A DNA stretch of 60,126 nt from an uncultured bacterium (GTDB taxonomy: Bacteria; Zixibacteria; MSB-5A5; GN15; PGXB01). This document shows, piece by piece, positions 36,211 to 45,436 of this stretch (position 1 is its first letter; every line of letters starts with the position of its first letter). Position numbers and translations under genes: made by a program. The notes under the pieces were generated by a model, which was not told the DNA's origin, did no database searches, and saw only the letters and a list, made by a program, of their open reading frames with translations. The stretch covers positions 1 through 60,126 of the forward strand of contig CBFCZE010000001.1 of NCBI GenBank assembly GCA_965602655.1, read 5' to 3'.

Positions 36211-37863
36211 ATGAAATATAAGCCGGTGAAAGCGGCCCGCGGAACAAAATTAACCTGTAAAGGCTGGCATCAGGAAGCCGCCTACAGGATGCTAAACAAT
36301 AATCTCGACGAGGAAGTTGCCGAGAATGCCAAAGAATTGATTATCTATGGCGGCTCCGGTAAAGCGGCCCGCAACTGGGATTGTTATGCGGCCATTTGCA
36401 AATCATTAAAATCACTCGAAAACGACGAAACCTTACTTGTCCAGTCCGGCAAACCGGTTGGAATTTTCCAAACTCATGAATATGCCCCGCGTGTGTTAAT
36501 CGCCAACAGTAATCTGGTCCCGAAATGGGCAACATGGGAGAAATTCCGTCAGTTAGACAAGATGGGTCTTATTATGTTTGGCCAGATGACCGCTGGAAGC
36601 TGGATTTATATCGGCACTCAGGGAATCCTGCAGGGCACCTATGAGACCTTTGCGGCCATGGGCGAACAGCATTTCAATGGCGATTTATCCGGCCGCTGGA
36701 TATTAACCGGTGGTATGGGCGGTATGGGTGGTGCCCAGCCGTTGTCAGCGACAATGAACGGTGCTTCGATGATTTGCGTCGAAGTCGATGAGGCACGTAT
36801 CAATCGACGCGTCAAAACCGGCTACTGTGATATAAAAATTAAAACTCTCGACAAGGCGATAAAATTAATCAAGGAACATACCGCCAACAAAGAACCGATA
36901 TCAATCGGACTGGTAGGCAACTGTGCCGAGCTATTTCCGGAGATTTTCCGACGCGGTATTATACCGGATATTGTCACTGACCAGACCTCGGCTCACGATG
37001 AGCTAAACGGATACATCCCGATAGGTTTGAACGTTGCCGAAGCAATCAGATTACGCAAGAAAAATCCACGTGAATATATAACCCGGTCGTATGAATCGAT
37101 GGTCAAGCATTGCGAAGCGATGGTTCGTTTCCAGCGAGCCGGTTCTAAAGTTGTCGATTACGGCAACAATCTGCGCGGACAGGCTGAAAAAGGCGGCTTC
37201 AAAGATGCTTTCGCTTATCCCGGCTTTGTTCCGGCTTATGTTCGCCCGCTATTTTGCGAAGGGAAAGGTCCGTTCCGCTGGGTAGCGCTGTCGGGTGATC
37301 CTAATGATATTCATATTACCGATGATTTAATCTTGAAGGAATTCAAAAAAAATAAATCGCTCTGCCGCTGGATAAAGCTGGCTCATGAACGGGTTCAGTT
37401 CCAGGGTCTGCCGGCCAGAATCTGCTGGCTCGGCTACGGCGAACGGGCGCGATTTGCCGATCTGGTCAACGATCTGGTCAAAAAAGGCAAAATCAAGGCT
37501 CCGATTGTTTTCGGCCGCGATCATCTCGACTGCGGCTCGGTTGCCTCGCCATACCGCGAAACCGAAGCGATGAAGGACGGCTCTGATGCTATCGCCGACT
37601 GGCCGCTGCTCAATGGTCTGCTTAATGCTATCTCCGGTGCCAGTTGGGTATCGATTCATCATGGCGGCGGCGTTGGGATGGGAAATGCCATTCATGCCGG
37701 ACAGGTCATCGTTGCCGATGGTACCAAAGAGATGAAGGAACGTCTCGATCGGGTGATGACCAACGATCCCGGAATCGGTATTGTGCGGCATGTCGATGCC
37801 GGATATAAAGAAGCGGAAGCGTTTGCCAAAAAGAACAAGATTAAAATTCCGATGATAAAATAA
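36211..37863 (+). CDS. hutU: urocanate hydratase
   Basis: 550 aa. ...[47 protein letters not shown]..., [36 protein letters not shown]: highly conserved urocanase blocks. Confidence 0.95.
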   Translation: MKYKPVKAARGTKLTCKGWHQEAAYRMLNNNLDEEVAENAKELIIYGGSGKAARNWDCYAAICKSLKSLENDETLLVQSGKPVGIFQTHEYAPRVLIANSNLVPKWATWEKFRQLDKMGLIMFGQMTAGSWIYIGTQGILQGTYETFAAMGEQHFNGDLSGRWILTGGMGGMGGAQPLSATMNGASMICVEVDEARINRRVKTGYCDIKIKTLDKAIKLIKEHTANKEPISIGLVGNCAELFPEIFRRGIIPDIVTDQTSAHDELNGYIPIGLNVAEAIRLRKKNPREYITRSYESMVKHCEAMVRFQRAGSKVVDYGNNLRGQAEKGGFKDAFAYPGFVPAYVRPLFCEGKGPFRWVALSGDPNDIHITDDLILKEFKKNKSLCRWIKLAHERVQFQGLPARICWLGYGERARFADLVNDLVKKGKIKAPIVFGRDHLDCGSVASPYRETEAMKDGSDAIADWPLLNGLLNAISGASWVSIHHGGGVGMGNAIHAGQVIVADGTKEMKERLDRVMTNDPGIGIVRHVDAGYKEAEAFAKKNKIKIPMIK

Positions 37864-37878
37864 TTCCTGAGTTGAACT

Positions 37879-39144
37879 ATGCCTCTACAGAAAAAAGCGA
37901 CTCTGCTGATTGCTAATATCGGACAGCTGATTACTATGGACGGCCCGGTCCCGCGGATCGGCGATGCGATGAACGATCTCGGCCTGATAAAAAACGGCGG
38001 TGTGGCTGTGGCCGGCGAAGAGATACTCGCTGTCGGAGAATCGAATGTTGTTGAGGGTAAAGTTGACCTGGCCGAAGGATGTATCGCTATTGATGCCGCC
38101 GGTGCTGTTGTCACCCCCGGTTTTATCGACCCGCATACGCATCCGGTATTCTCTCGAACCCGCGAAGACGAATTCGAGATGCGGATTATGGGCAAAAGCT
38201 ATATGGATATCGCCAATGCCGGCGGCGGTATCCGGTCCTCGGTGCGCGACCTGCGGGAAACGTCAAAGGCCGAGCTAACCAAAAAAACGATTACTCGCCT
38301 TGATACAATGTTATCTTATGGAACCACAACCATCGAAGCCAAATCCGGATATGGTCTTTCGACCGAAGCAGAAATAAAATCGCTTGAGATAATAAATAAC
38401 CTTAATGAAACGCACCCGATTGATTTAATCCCGACATTTTTGGGCGCTCATGAAGTCCCGGATGAATATCGCGATAAACGCGAAAAGTATATCGACCTGC
38501 TTATCAAGGAAATGATTCCGAAAGTAGTCGAAAACAAACTGGCCGAATTCTGCGATATTTTCTGCGAAGAGGGCGTCTTTAACATAGATGAATCCCGCAA
38601 AATAATGGAAGCGGCAAAAAAGCAGGGATTGAAACTTAAATTTCACGCCGATGAACTGGGTCCCTCCGGCGGATCGGAGCTGGCCGCCGAACTGGGCGCT
38701 GTCTCGGCCGATCATCTGGTGCATATTTCGGATAAAGGTATTAAAGCTATGGCCGAAGCAGGAACGGTGGCCGTTTTGCTTCCTGGTACCTGTTTTTCAC
38801 TCGGTCACAGTGATTATGCCCCGGCTCGAAAAATGATTGAAGCCGGAATTGTGGTCGCTCTTTCGACAGATTGCAATCCCGGTTCCAGTTATACCGAATC
38901 ATTGCCGATGATAATTTCCCTGGCCGGACTAAATTATAAATTAACCGCCGCCGAATCGATTTCAGCTGTTACGGTTAACGCCGCCTGTGCTGTTGATCGG
39001 GGCGGCAAAATTGGTATGCTTCAAACCGGTATGGTTGCCGATATTGTGCTATGGAAAATCAACGATTATCGGGAGCTGCCTTATCATTACGGCGTTAATT
39101 CGGTCCAAAAGGTTATAAAACGCGGGAAAATAGTAGTTGGCTAA
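37879..39144 (+). CDS. hutI: imidazolonepropionase
   Basis: 421 aa. TPGFIDPHTHPVF, TTIEAKSGYGL, KFHADEL..., amidohydrolase fold. Immediately downstream of hutU. Confidence 0.92.
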   Translation: MPLQKKATLLIANIGQLITMDGPVPRIGDAMNDLGLIKNGGVAVAGEEILAVGESNVVEGKVDLAEGCIAIDAAGAVVTPGFIDPHTHPVFSRTREDEFEMRIMGKSYMDIANAGGGIRSSVRDLRETSKAELTKKTITRLDTMLSYGTTTIEAKSGYGLSTEAEIKSLEIINNLNETHPIDLIPTFLGAHEVPDEYRDKREKYIDLLIKEMIPKVVENKLAEFCDIFCEEGVFNIDESRKIMEAAKKQGLKLKFHADELGPSGGSELAAELGAVSADHLVHISDKGIKAMAEAGTVAVLLPGTCFSLGHSDYAPARKMIEAGIVVALSTDCNPGSSYTESLPMIISLAGLNYKLTAAESISAVTVNAACAVDRGGKIGMLQTGMVADIVLWKINDYRELPYHYGVNSVQKVIKRGKIVVG

Positions 39145-39184
39145 GAGCTTTGTAAACTATTTTGACATTTGTGTGTTTAAAGAT

Positions 39185-39676
39185 ATGATGATTATTTGCT
39201 CAAAGGGGCTGGTGGCGGTTCTGTTTTTGGTTTTCTGGACCGGTTGCGGTATTTATAGTTTTTCACCCGGCGGGAAATCATCGATAAAAACAATTGCCGT
39301 TATGCAGTTTGAGAATAAAACTATCGAGTACGGTCTTTCCAGCCGGATGACCGACCTGGTTATTGATGCTTTCATCAACGACGGCAATTTAAAGGTTGTT
39401 TCGCAGTCTGAGGCTGATGCTATTCTTATCGGCGTCATGACAAATTACGAAAGGAAACCATATACATACGACGAATCAGATGTTGTTTCGCAGTATGTCG
39501 TTAAAATAGTTTTTGATATCACTCTCCATGGTAAGGATGAAAAGGAGTTGTGGCGCGAAAGATTTTACAGCGAGGGAATCTATTCCGCCGATGAGCAGAC
39601 CGAAGATGACGGTCAGGTATTAGCCGCCGATAAGCTGGTCATTGATATTATTAACAGAACAACCAAAAGCTGGTAA
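39185..39676 (+). CDS. LptE-like outer-membrane lipoprotein
   Basis: In-frame ATG 39185 gives MMIICSKGLVAVLFLVFWTGCG (lipobox). IAVMQFENKTIEYGLSSRMTDLVIDAFINDGNLKVV..ADAILIGVMTNYE resembles the LptE family pattern. The ORF-track TTG start at 39137 overlaps hutI. Confidence 0.5.
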   Translation: MMIICSKGLVAVLFLVFWTGCGIYSFSPGGKSSIKTIAVMQFENKTIEYGLSSRMTDLVIDAFINDGNLKVVSQSEADAILIGVMTNYERKPYTYDESDVVSQYVVKIVFDITLHGKDEKELWRERFYSEGIYSADEQTEDDGQVLAADKLVIDIINRTTKSW

Positions 39677-39722
39677 TTAATATTTGCAAATATCCGATTA
39701 TCAGATATATTGAAAATTAACT

Positions 39723-40685
39723 ATGAGGATTAGCATGAAATCAAACAAAATGGTTTTTCCGGTGATAATTGTATTATGTCTTGTTGGTACTGTCTGGGCC
39801 GATGAAAACAATCCGCGAGCCGGCACCCGCGCTTTTAATTTTTTGAAAATCGAAGTTACGGCTCGCCCGGTTTCGATGGGCGGTGCCTTTACCGGATTGG
39901 CCGATGATGAATCGGCACTTTATTATAACCCGGCCGGAGTCGCCGTACTGGAAGGTAAACATTATATATTGGCCTACCAGAACAATGTTTTTGATATGCA
40001 ATCCGGATTTATCGGATATATTCATCCGTTGGGATACAATAAAAAAGCATCGATATATTTAAACTATTTGAACTATGGCGATTTTATCAGAACCGATGAA
40101 CTGGGAAATGAAGAAGGCACATTCTCCGGAAGCGATTTGGTTTTTGGCTTTGGTTATGCCATGAATCTTGAAAATGACCTTCAGGTCGGCGCAACATTGA
40201 AACTTATTTATGAAAAAATTGATATTTATTCGGCGCATGGGTTTGCTCTGGATCTGGGATTGAGAAAATCGTTGAATTATGGTCGAGCCTCGGTTGGTGT
40301 GATGATTCAAAACCTTGGTGTCCAGATGTCGAATTTTACCAAGTCAGGTGACAAGGACCCTTTACCGCTTCGTTTCAGAGCGGGGGGCGCTGTCTTACCG
40401 CGAGGACTTCCGGTGAATCTGGCCGGGGATATAGTCTTACCGACGGATAATGACGCTTATGTTGCAATTGGCATGGAGTTAGTTGAAGTCAAGCCGCTAT
40501 ATTTAAGATTAGGCTGGTCAAGTTTTGGCTCAAACTATAAAACCGGGGCGTCCGGTGATGATCTCAGCGGTTTTACCGCCGGATTTGGGGTGGAATACAA
40601 TAATATGCACTTTTCTTATGCTATAACGCCGCAGGCCGAACTCGGAACAAGCCACCGTATTACATTAACCGGTAGTTTTAACTGA
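39723..40685 (+). CDS. PorV/PorQ-family outer-membrane beta-barrel protein
   Basis: Signal peptide. GTRAFNFLKIEVTARPVSMGGAFTGLADDESALYYNPAG is the characteristic N-terminal block of the PorV/PorQ (FadL-like) family. Alternating beta-strand pattern, with a C-terminal aromatic (..LTGSFN). Confidence 0.6.
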   Translation: MRISMKSNKMVFPVIIVLCLVGTVWADENNPRAGTRAFNFLKIEVTARPVSMGGAFTGLADDESALYYNPAGVAVLEGKHYILAYQNNVFDMQSGFIGYIHPLGYNKKASIYLNYLNYGDFIRTDELGNEEGTFSGSDLVFGFGYAMNLENDLQVGATLKLIYEKIDIYSAHGFALDLGLRKSLNYGRASVGVMIQNLGVQMSNFTKSGDKDPLPLRFRAGGAVLPRGLPVNLAGDIVLPTDNDAYVAIGMELVEVKPLYLRLGWSSFGSNYKTGASGDDLSGFTAGFGVEYNNMHFSYAITPQAELGTSHRITLTGSFN

Positions 40686-40689
40686 TTTT

Positions 40690-41148
40690 ATGAGACGGCT
40701 GTTACCGATTATACTGTTATTTATTTCCAATCTGTTGCTATTAATACTATTATCATGCTCTAATTCAGGGACAAGGAGCCCCAAAGAAACGGTTATTCGT
40801 CTTTTCGGCGCAATGGAACGGGATGAGAAAGCGGCCATATTAAATTTGGTCGATATTTCGGCTCTTATGGAAATATCGGGTGAAGATTACGCTCTCAAAT
40901 CTGATAATCCGCGAACTTTTCATAACCCCGAAGATATATTAAACGATCTAACTGGCGATGGATTGACAAAAACGCGCTGGTTTTCACTGCAAAGGATAAT
41001 CGGCAAAGTGGAAATCGTCGGCGACACCGCTTTTGTCGAGGTTTCCTTTATTGACAAAGAAAAAAGTAAACAATACTACAATAAATTTGGTCTTCATAAA
41101 AAAGATAACAACTGGAAGATTTATAATTTTAGAACGATTTCCCAATAA
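40690..41148 (+). CDS. hypothetical lipoprotein
   Basis: Lipobox LILLSCS. 152 aa. SPKETVIRLFGAMERDEKAAILNLVD suggests an NTF2/DUF4878-like small domain. Confidence 0.5.
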   Translation: MRRLLPIILLFISNLLLLILLSCSNSGTRSPKETVIRLFGAMERDEKAAILNLVDISALMEISGEDYALKSDNPRTFHNPEDILNDLTGDGLTKTRWFSLQRIIGKVEIVGDTAFVEVSFIDKEKSKQYYNKFGLHKKDNNWKIYNFRTISQ

Positions 41149-41215
41149 TGCTGCAACTTATTGGAAATCATAACATTACCATTTTATAACAGCCGCAGCC
41201 ACAAGGCCGAGCACT

Positions 41216-41470
41216 ATGTATAAAGGCATAATTATTCAAATCGAACGTTCAAAAGGGTACGGATTTATCAAATCTGAGATTTTTGATAAGCTGTTTTTTC
41301 ATCAGCGATGGCTGAGAAAAATCAAATTTCGCGATCTTGAAGTTGGTTCCGAAATTACATTTTGCATAAATCAGGGTCCCCGGGGGCCGCGTGCCCATGA
41401 TATCTGTTTGGCGGGCCAAAATGAGCATAAAGTTAAGGCTCGTCCAATAGAACAACTGTTTAAAGATTAG
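41216..41470 (+). CDS. cold-shock-domain-like small protein
   Basis: 84 aa. YKGIIIQIERSKGYGFIKSE...FFH loosely follows the CspA 'G.V.....KGFGFI......D.FVH' pattern. Confidence 0.45.
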   Translation: MYKGIIIQIERSKGYGFIKSEIFDKLFFHQRWLRKIKFRDLEVGSEITFCINQGPRGPRAHDICLAGQNEHKVKARPIEQLFKD

Positions 41471-41499
41471 AATTAAATCCAAAAATACCCAAAAATAAC

Positions 41500-41575
41500 G
41501 GAAGTTTACAAGCGTTCTTCTCTTACGAGGAAAGAGGGGGGAGGCCTCGAATCGAAAACTTTTTTGTAAACTTCC
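41500..41575. repeat. long inverted repeat / structured element in the leader region before the 12-gene operon
   Basis: Perfect 12-bp arms GGAAGTTTACAA (41500-41511) and TTGTAAACTTCC (41564-41575) enclose 52 nt. The enclosed sequence has its own CGAGG...CCTCG pairing and a G-rich run (gaggaaagaggggggagg). Confidence 0.5.
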
Positions 41576-41666
41576 ATAGTTAGATTAAATATCAATACTC
41601 AATCTGTCAAGGCATATTGAAAAAATACGCGAATTTTGCGTTTGGCCTGTTAAAAGATTTTTTGAC

Positions 41667-41695
41667 TTGACATAAGATATTCTATTTTATAAATT
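41667..41695 (+). promoter_or_regulatory. sigma70-like promoter for the 12-gene operon (TTGACA-N17-TAAATT)
   Basis: TTGACA at 41667-41672, a 17-nt spacer, TAAATT at 41690-41695. It leaves a ~105-nt 5' UTR containing the hairpin CCGGAG-cttgaaaaa-CTCCGG (41716-41736). Confidence 0.4.
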
Positions 41696-41808
41696 TATAG
41701 ACTGAATTTTCAAAACCGGAGCTTGAAAAACTCCGGTAAAAAATTACTTTGGTGAGACTTGAGGTGTAAATTTGGTAATGAAATTCATCACAGAAATGAG
41801 TTAAACCG

Positions 41809-43086
41809 TTGAATAAGATTTACGCCAATATTCCCGGATTCAAAAGTATAAAATACGTTTCTTTAATTTCTTTAATTTCAATTTTTCTATTAGGATCAAC
41901 AGCCCCTGTTTTTGGTCAGGATGATGCCCCGGTCGATTCTGTCTTAGCCGATACAACAAATATAATCCCTCCCGATATTACTCCCGTTAATGTGAAAAAT
42001 GTCACTGTCATAGATAATCCTAATGACGATGGTGAGGCTATCAGGATTAGTTGGGATGTATCGATTGATGATATTTCAGGCGGTAAGGTTACCGCTTACA
42101 AGATATTCCGTTCCACCAGCCGAACCGGAGATTTTGAAGAAGTTGGCAATCAAACATCGGGCGATTCGGAATATACCGACAGCAATACCGAGGATGGTAC
42201 CGAATACTATTATTATGTTAGCGCTGTTAATGAGTTAAGAGATAATGGCAAGATTTTATGGTCGGTTAAATCAGACTCGGATATAGCCGGGCCGGTAAAA
42301 TCATCGGCGCAGTGGTTCGATATGGGGCGGATAAATGTTTTTATCGGCACGATTTTAATCATCACTTTTATACTATATTTTATATCGGCGGCAAAATCGG
42401 GCAAGGATTTATATATCAGGAAAATTGCCGGATTGGATGCGGTCGATGATGCTGTCGGTCGTGCCACCGAGATGGGCAAAAAAGTGTTCTTTATCCCCGG
42501 TATCAATGATATGGACAATGTCCAGACGATTGCCGGATTAACAATATTAGGCAGGGTGGCACAATTGACTGCCGAATATGAGACCTGGATCGAGGTTCCT
42601 GTTTGTAAATCACTGGTGATGATCACTGCCCGCGAAACGGTCAAGGAATCTTATGCCAAGGCAGGAAGACCCGATGCCTTCAATGAAGATCAGGTACATT
42701 ATGTAACTGATGATCAATTTGGCTATGCGGCGGCGGTGGATGGTATGTTTGTCCGCGAAAAACCGGCCGCTATTTTCTATATGGGTGCCTTTTTCGCCGA
42801 ATCGCTGATTATGGCCGAAACCGGAAATTCTGTTGGTGCTATTCAGATAGCCGGAACCGGTCAACCCTCGCAGTTACCGTTTTTTGTGGCGGCCTGCGAC
42901 TATACATTAATCGGTGAAGAACTTTTTGCCGCTTCGGCTTATCTTTCCAAAGAGCCAAAACTGCTTGGTTCTCTTAAGGGTCAGGATATGGGTAAAGCGG
43001 TTATTTTGGTGGCGATATTACTGGGAGTATTGCTGGAAACATTTAATTTTTTCCAGCTTTCGAACTTTTTTACGGTTATTGGGTGA
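41809..43086 (+). CDS. module 1 subunit A: signal peptide + FN3-like ectodomain + TM + conserved ~230-aa C-terminal domain
   Basis: TTG start (uncertain). Signal peptide ...STAPVFGQDD. Ectodomain DDGEAIRISWDVSIDD...AYKIFRS...EYYYYVSAVN. TM INVFIGTILIITFILYFISAA. The conserved block IRKIAGLDAVDDAVGRATEMG...FFAESLIMAETG..IQIAGT..LPFFVAACDYTLIGEELFAASAYL is shared with the ORFs at 45437 and 49131. Confidence 0.85.
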   Translation: MNKIYANIPGFKSIKYVSLISLISIFLLGSTAPVFGQDDAPVDSVLADTTNIIPPDITPVNVKNVTVIDNPNDDGEAIRISWDVSIDDISGGKVTAYKIFRSTSRTGDFEEVGNQTSGDSEYTDSNTEDGTEYYYYVSAVNELRDNGKILWSVKSDSDIAGPVKSSAQWFDMGRINVFIGTILIITFILYFISAAKSGKDLYIRKIAGLDAVDDAVGRATEMGKKVFFIPGINDMDNVQTIAGLTILGRVAQLTAEYETWIEVPVCKSLVMITARETVKESYAKAGRPDAFNEDQVHYVTDDQFGYAAAVDGMFVREKPAAIFYMGAFFAESLIMAETGNSVGAIQIAGTGQPSQLPFFVAACDYTLIGEELFAASAYLSKEPKLLGSLKGQDMGKAVILVAILLGVLLETFNFFQLSNFFTVIG

Positions 43087-43104
43087 TTGAGGTAAAATAG
43101 AAAG

Positions 43105-43758
43105 ATGAGACGCGAAATACCAATGTTTATCACCGCTGTCGTCGGTGTTGTCTTTGTTGTTCAGTATTTTATTCCTCATTGGCCATTTAATCAAATGAAT
43201 GCCTGGTTCTCCGATTGGTTTTCAATTATTGCCGCCTGTGCCATTTGGCTTGGTGCCCTGAACCTGATGAAAATATCAGCCAATAAGGTATATCGGAAAA
43301 AATCCGACTGGGGCTATTCAGCGGTTATTATTGTTTGTTTTCTGATTACGGTTATAATTGGCCTTACCGGTGGAGAAAGTTTCCGTGCTCTTGGAACCGG
43401 TTTTGACTGGATTTACAGGTTTGTTTATATTCCGTTATCGTCAACCATGTTTGCCCTTCTGGCGTTTTTTGTCGCTTCGGCTTCATATCGAGCTTTCCGG
43501 GCAAGGAATTTTGAGGCAACTCTTTTACTTATTGCCGCCTTCTTAGTGATGATTGGCCGCGTTCCGATTGGTGATGCCATCGCCGGGATTTTTTATATGC
43601 CGGATGCCATTATGCCGTCAAAAATTGCCACCTGGGTTATGAATGTGATTAATGCCGCCGGCCAAAGGGCTATTATGATTGGAATCGCGCTTGGCATTGT
43701 ATCCACATCTTTACGGGTAATTCTCGGTATTGAACGAGCCCATTTGGGGGGAGATTGA
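43105..43758 (+). CDS. module 1 subunit B: ~215-aa polytopic membrane protein
   Basis: 5-6 hydrophobic helices. Signature FFVASASYRAFRARNFEATLLLIAAF and AGQRAIMIGIALGIVSTSLRVILGIERAHLG, shared with the ORFs at 46691 and 50411. Confidence 0.85.
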   Translation: MRREIPMFITAVVGVVFVVQYFIPHWPFNQMNAWFSDWFSIIAACAIWLGALNLMKISANKVYRKKSDWGYSAVIIVCFLITVIIGLTGGESFRALGTGFDWIYRFVYIPLSSTMFALLAFFVASASYRAFRARNFEATLLLIAAFLVMIGRVPIGDAIAGIFYMPDAIMPSKIATWVMNVINAAGQRAIMIGIALGIVSTSLRVILGIERAHLGGD

Positions 43759-43760
43759 TA

Positions 43761-44768
43761 ATGAAAAAAGAACGGCTCGTTTATCTTGGTATTTTAATTC
43801 TGGTGTTAATATTATACTTTGTTATCACGGAACCGATTACATTTTCGCCAACCGTATCATTTATTATTATTGGTCTGATACTACTGGCTATTGTTGTTAT
43901 ATTCGTTCGGACCATTCAGGGTAATTTTGTTGGGAGACAAACGGTTTTTATATTTGTGGGAATCGCCGTGGTCTTGCCGTTTTTTATGACCGTAACCCAG
44001 AAGATAGAATTATCTCCGGAAGTAGAATCTCTTTATACCTCCCTTGAGGACTTACAACCGGGTTCCAAAGTGCTGATCTCTTTTGATTATGATCCGCCAT
44101 CAGCACCGGAACTTCAGCCGATGGCCGAGACATTTTTCTATTATTGCTTTAAAAATGATTTAAAAGTTTTAATTATGGGGCTTTGGCCGCAGGGACCGCA
44201 GCAGGCTGATCTGGCAATTCAAAAGGCACTGATGAATGCAGATATTTTCTCCAAAAATATTCAATATGGGGTTGATTATATTAATCTCGGTTTTCAGGCC
44301 GGCAATGAATTTGTTATTCAAAGAATGGGCGGCAACTTTAAGAGTATGTTCCCGACCGATTTTTATGGAACACCGTATGATTCGCTGCCTTTGGCCAACG
44401 GGATTACGAATTTTTCAAATATCGATTTTTCGATGAATCTATCAGCCGGTTATCCGGGAACAATCGAATGGGTCCAGGTAGCAGTTGACAGGTATGGAGT
44501 TAATCTGGGCGCGGGGAACACTGCTGTTCAGGCTCCGCAGGTTTATCCATATCTGAATTCAGGACAACTAAAAGGTTTGCTTGGTGGATTAAACGGTGCC
44601 GCTGAATTTGAAAAGGTTGTCGGAGTTATAGGCAAAGGTACAAAATTTATGGTGTCGCAGTCGGCGGCGCATGTAATTGTAATTGCGTTTATTATTATTG
44701 GTAATGCCGCTTTTTTCCTGGGCGAACGGCGCCGTAAGGAAAAAGAAGCGAAGGAAGCCGATGCTTAA
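43761..44768 (+). CDS. module 1 subunit C: N-terminal TMs + ~230-aa periplasmic domain + C-terminal TM and basic tail
   Basis: ATG 43761 (GGAG upstream; the ORF track starts at TTG 43755). ISFDYDPPSAPELQPMAE..., VDYINLGFQAGN, YPYLNSGQLKGLLGGLNGAAEFEK, and the final TM IVIAFIIIGNAAFFL followed by RRRKEKE. Paralogous to the ORFs at 47361 and 51066. Confidence 0.85.
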   Translation: MKKERLVYLGILILVLILYFVITEPITFSPTVSFIIIGLILLAIVVIFVRTIQGNFVGRQTVFIFVGIAVVLPFFMTVTQKIELSPEVESLYTSLEDLQPGSKVLISFDYDPPSAPELQPMAETFFYYCFKNDLKVLIMGLWPQGPQQADLAIQKALMNADIFSKNIQYGVDYINLGFQAGNEFVIQRMGGNFKSMFPTDFYGTPYDSLPLANGITNFSNIDFSMNLSAGYPGTIEWVQVAVDRYGVNLGAGNTAVQAPQVYPYLNSGQLKGLLGGLNGAAEFEKVVGVIGKGTKFMVSQSAAHVIVIAFIIIGNAAFFLGERRRKEKEAKEADA

Positions 44769-44789
44769 GAAACGTGGAGAGATTTCCTG

Positions 44790-45434
44790 ATGGAAGTAGT
44801 TGGAATCTGGTTAGGTGCCTTTTTGACACTGGGCATAATCTCGTTTTTATACGGTGATAACCCATGGTACAAATTATGCGAGGCAATTTTTGTCGGTTCC
44901 TCGGCCGGATACTGGTTTATAACGCTTTTTTGGGATAATATATACGGCAAGTTTTATATCGGCGTTACCCAGGATGGGAATTACATGCTACTTGTCGGCG
45001 GCGTGCTTGGATTCCTGATGCTGATGCGTCTTTTTTCCAAGATCGGCTGGATATCCCGCTGGCCGCTATCATTTGTGGTTGGGGCTATCGCCGGATTTTA
45101 CCTGATAAACTATTTTTCATCGAATGTGATGTTTCAGATTAATGCTACTATCATGCCATTATTTGGCGCCAGTTATGGTGATCCTATTTTCACGGCATCT
45201 TTTGGGAATGTTATTAACAATATTCTTATTGCCGGCGGAACATTTACCGGTCTGGTCTATTTCTTCTTCTCCAAGGAGCATAAAGGTGCTTTTGGAGGGG
45301 CCGCCAAAATCGGTATCTGGGTTATTATGGTAACCTTTGGCGCCTCGTTCGGATACACCGTGATGAGCCGTATGTCTTTGTTAATCGGCCGTATGGATTT
45401 CATCTTTGGCGATTGGCTGGGGCTGATTAAGTAA
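44790..45434 (+). CDS. module 1 subunit D: polytopic membrane protein
   Basis: FLTLGIISFLYGDNPWYKLCE..., YFFFSKEHKGAFGGAAKIGIWVIMVTFGASFGYTVMSRMSLLIGR. Paralogous to the ORFs at 48271 and 51948. Confidence 0.85.
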   Translation: MEVVGIWLGAFLTLGIISFLYGDNPWYKLCEAIFVGSSAGYWFITLFWDNIYGKFYIGVTQDGNYMLLVGGVLGFLMLMRLFSKIGWISRWPLSFVVGAIAGFYLINYFSSNVMFQINATIMPLFGASYGDPIFTASFGNVINNILIAGGTFTGLVYFFFSKEHKGAFGGAAKIGIWVIMVTFGASFGYTVMSRMSLLIGRMDFIFGDWLGLIK

Positions 45435-45436
45435 CA

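Noticed and set aside
36211-39144. hutU-hutI pair without hutH/hutG as something unusual.
   Set aside because: Partial hut clusters are common, and the missing genes may lie elsewhere in the genome. Both proteins look canonical. This is ordinary metabolism.
42457-42480. 'GRATEMGK' in subunit A as a possible Walker A (P-loop) motif that would make A the energising subunit.
   Set aside because: The spacing is G-x5-GK rather than G-x4-GK[ST]. The following residue is K/P, not S/T. The Lys is replaced by Arg in A2 (GRATEMGRP).
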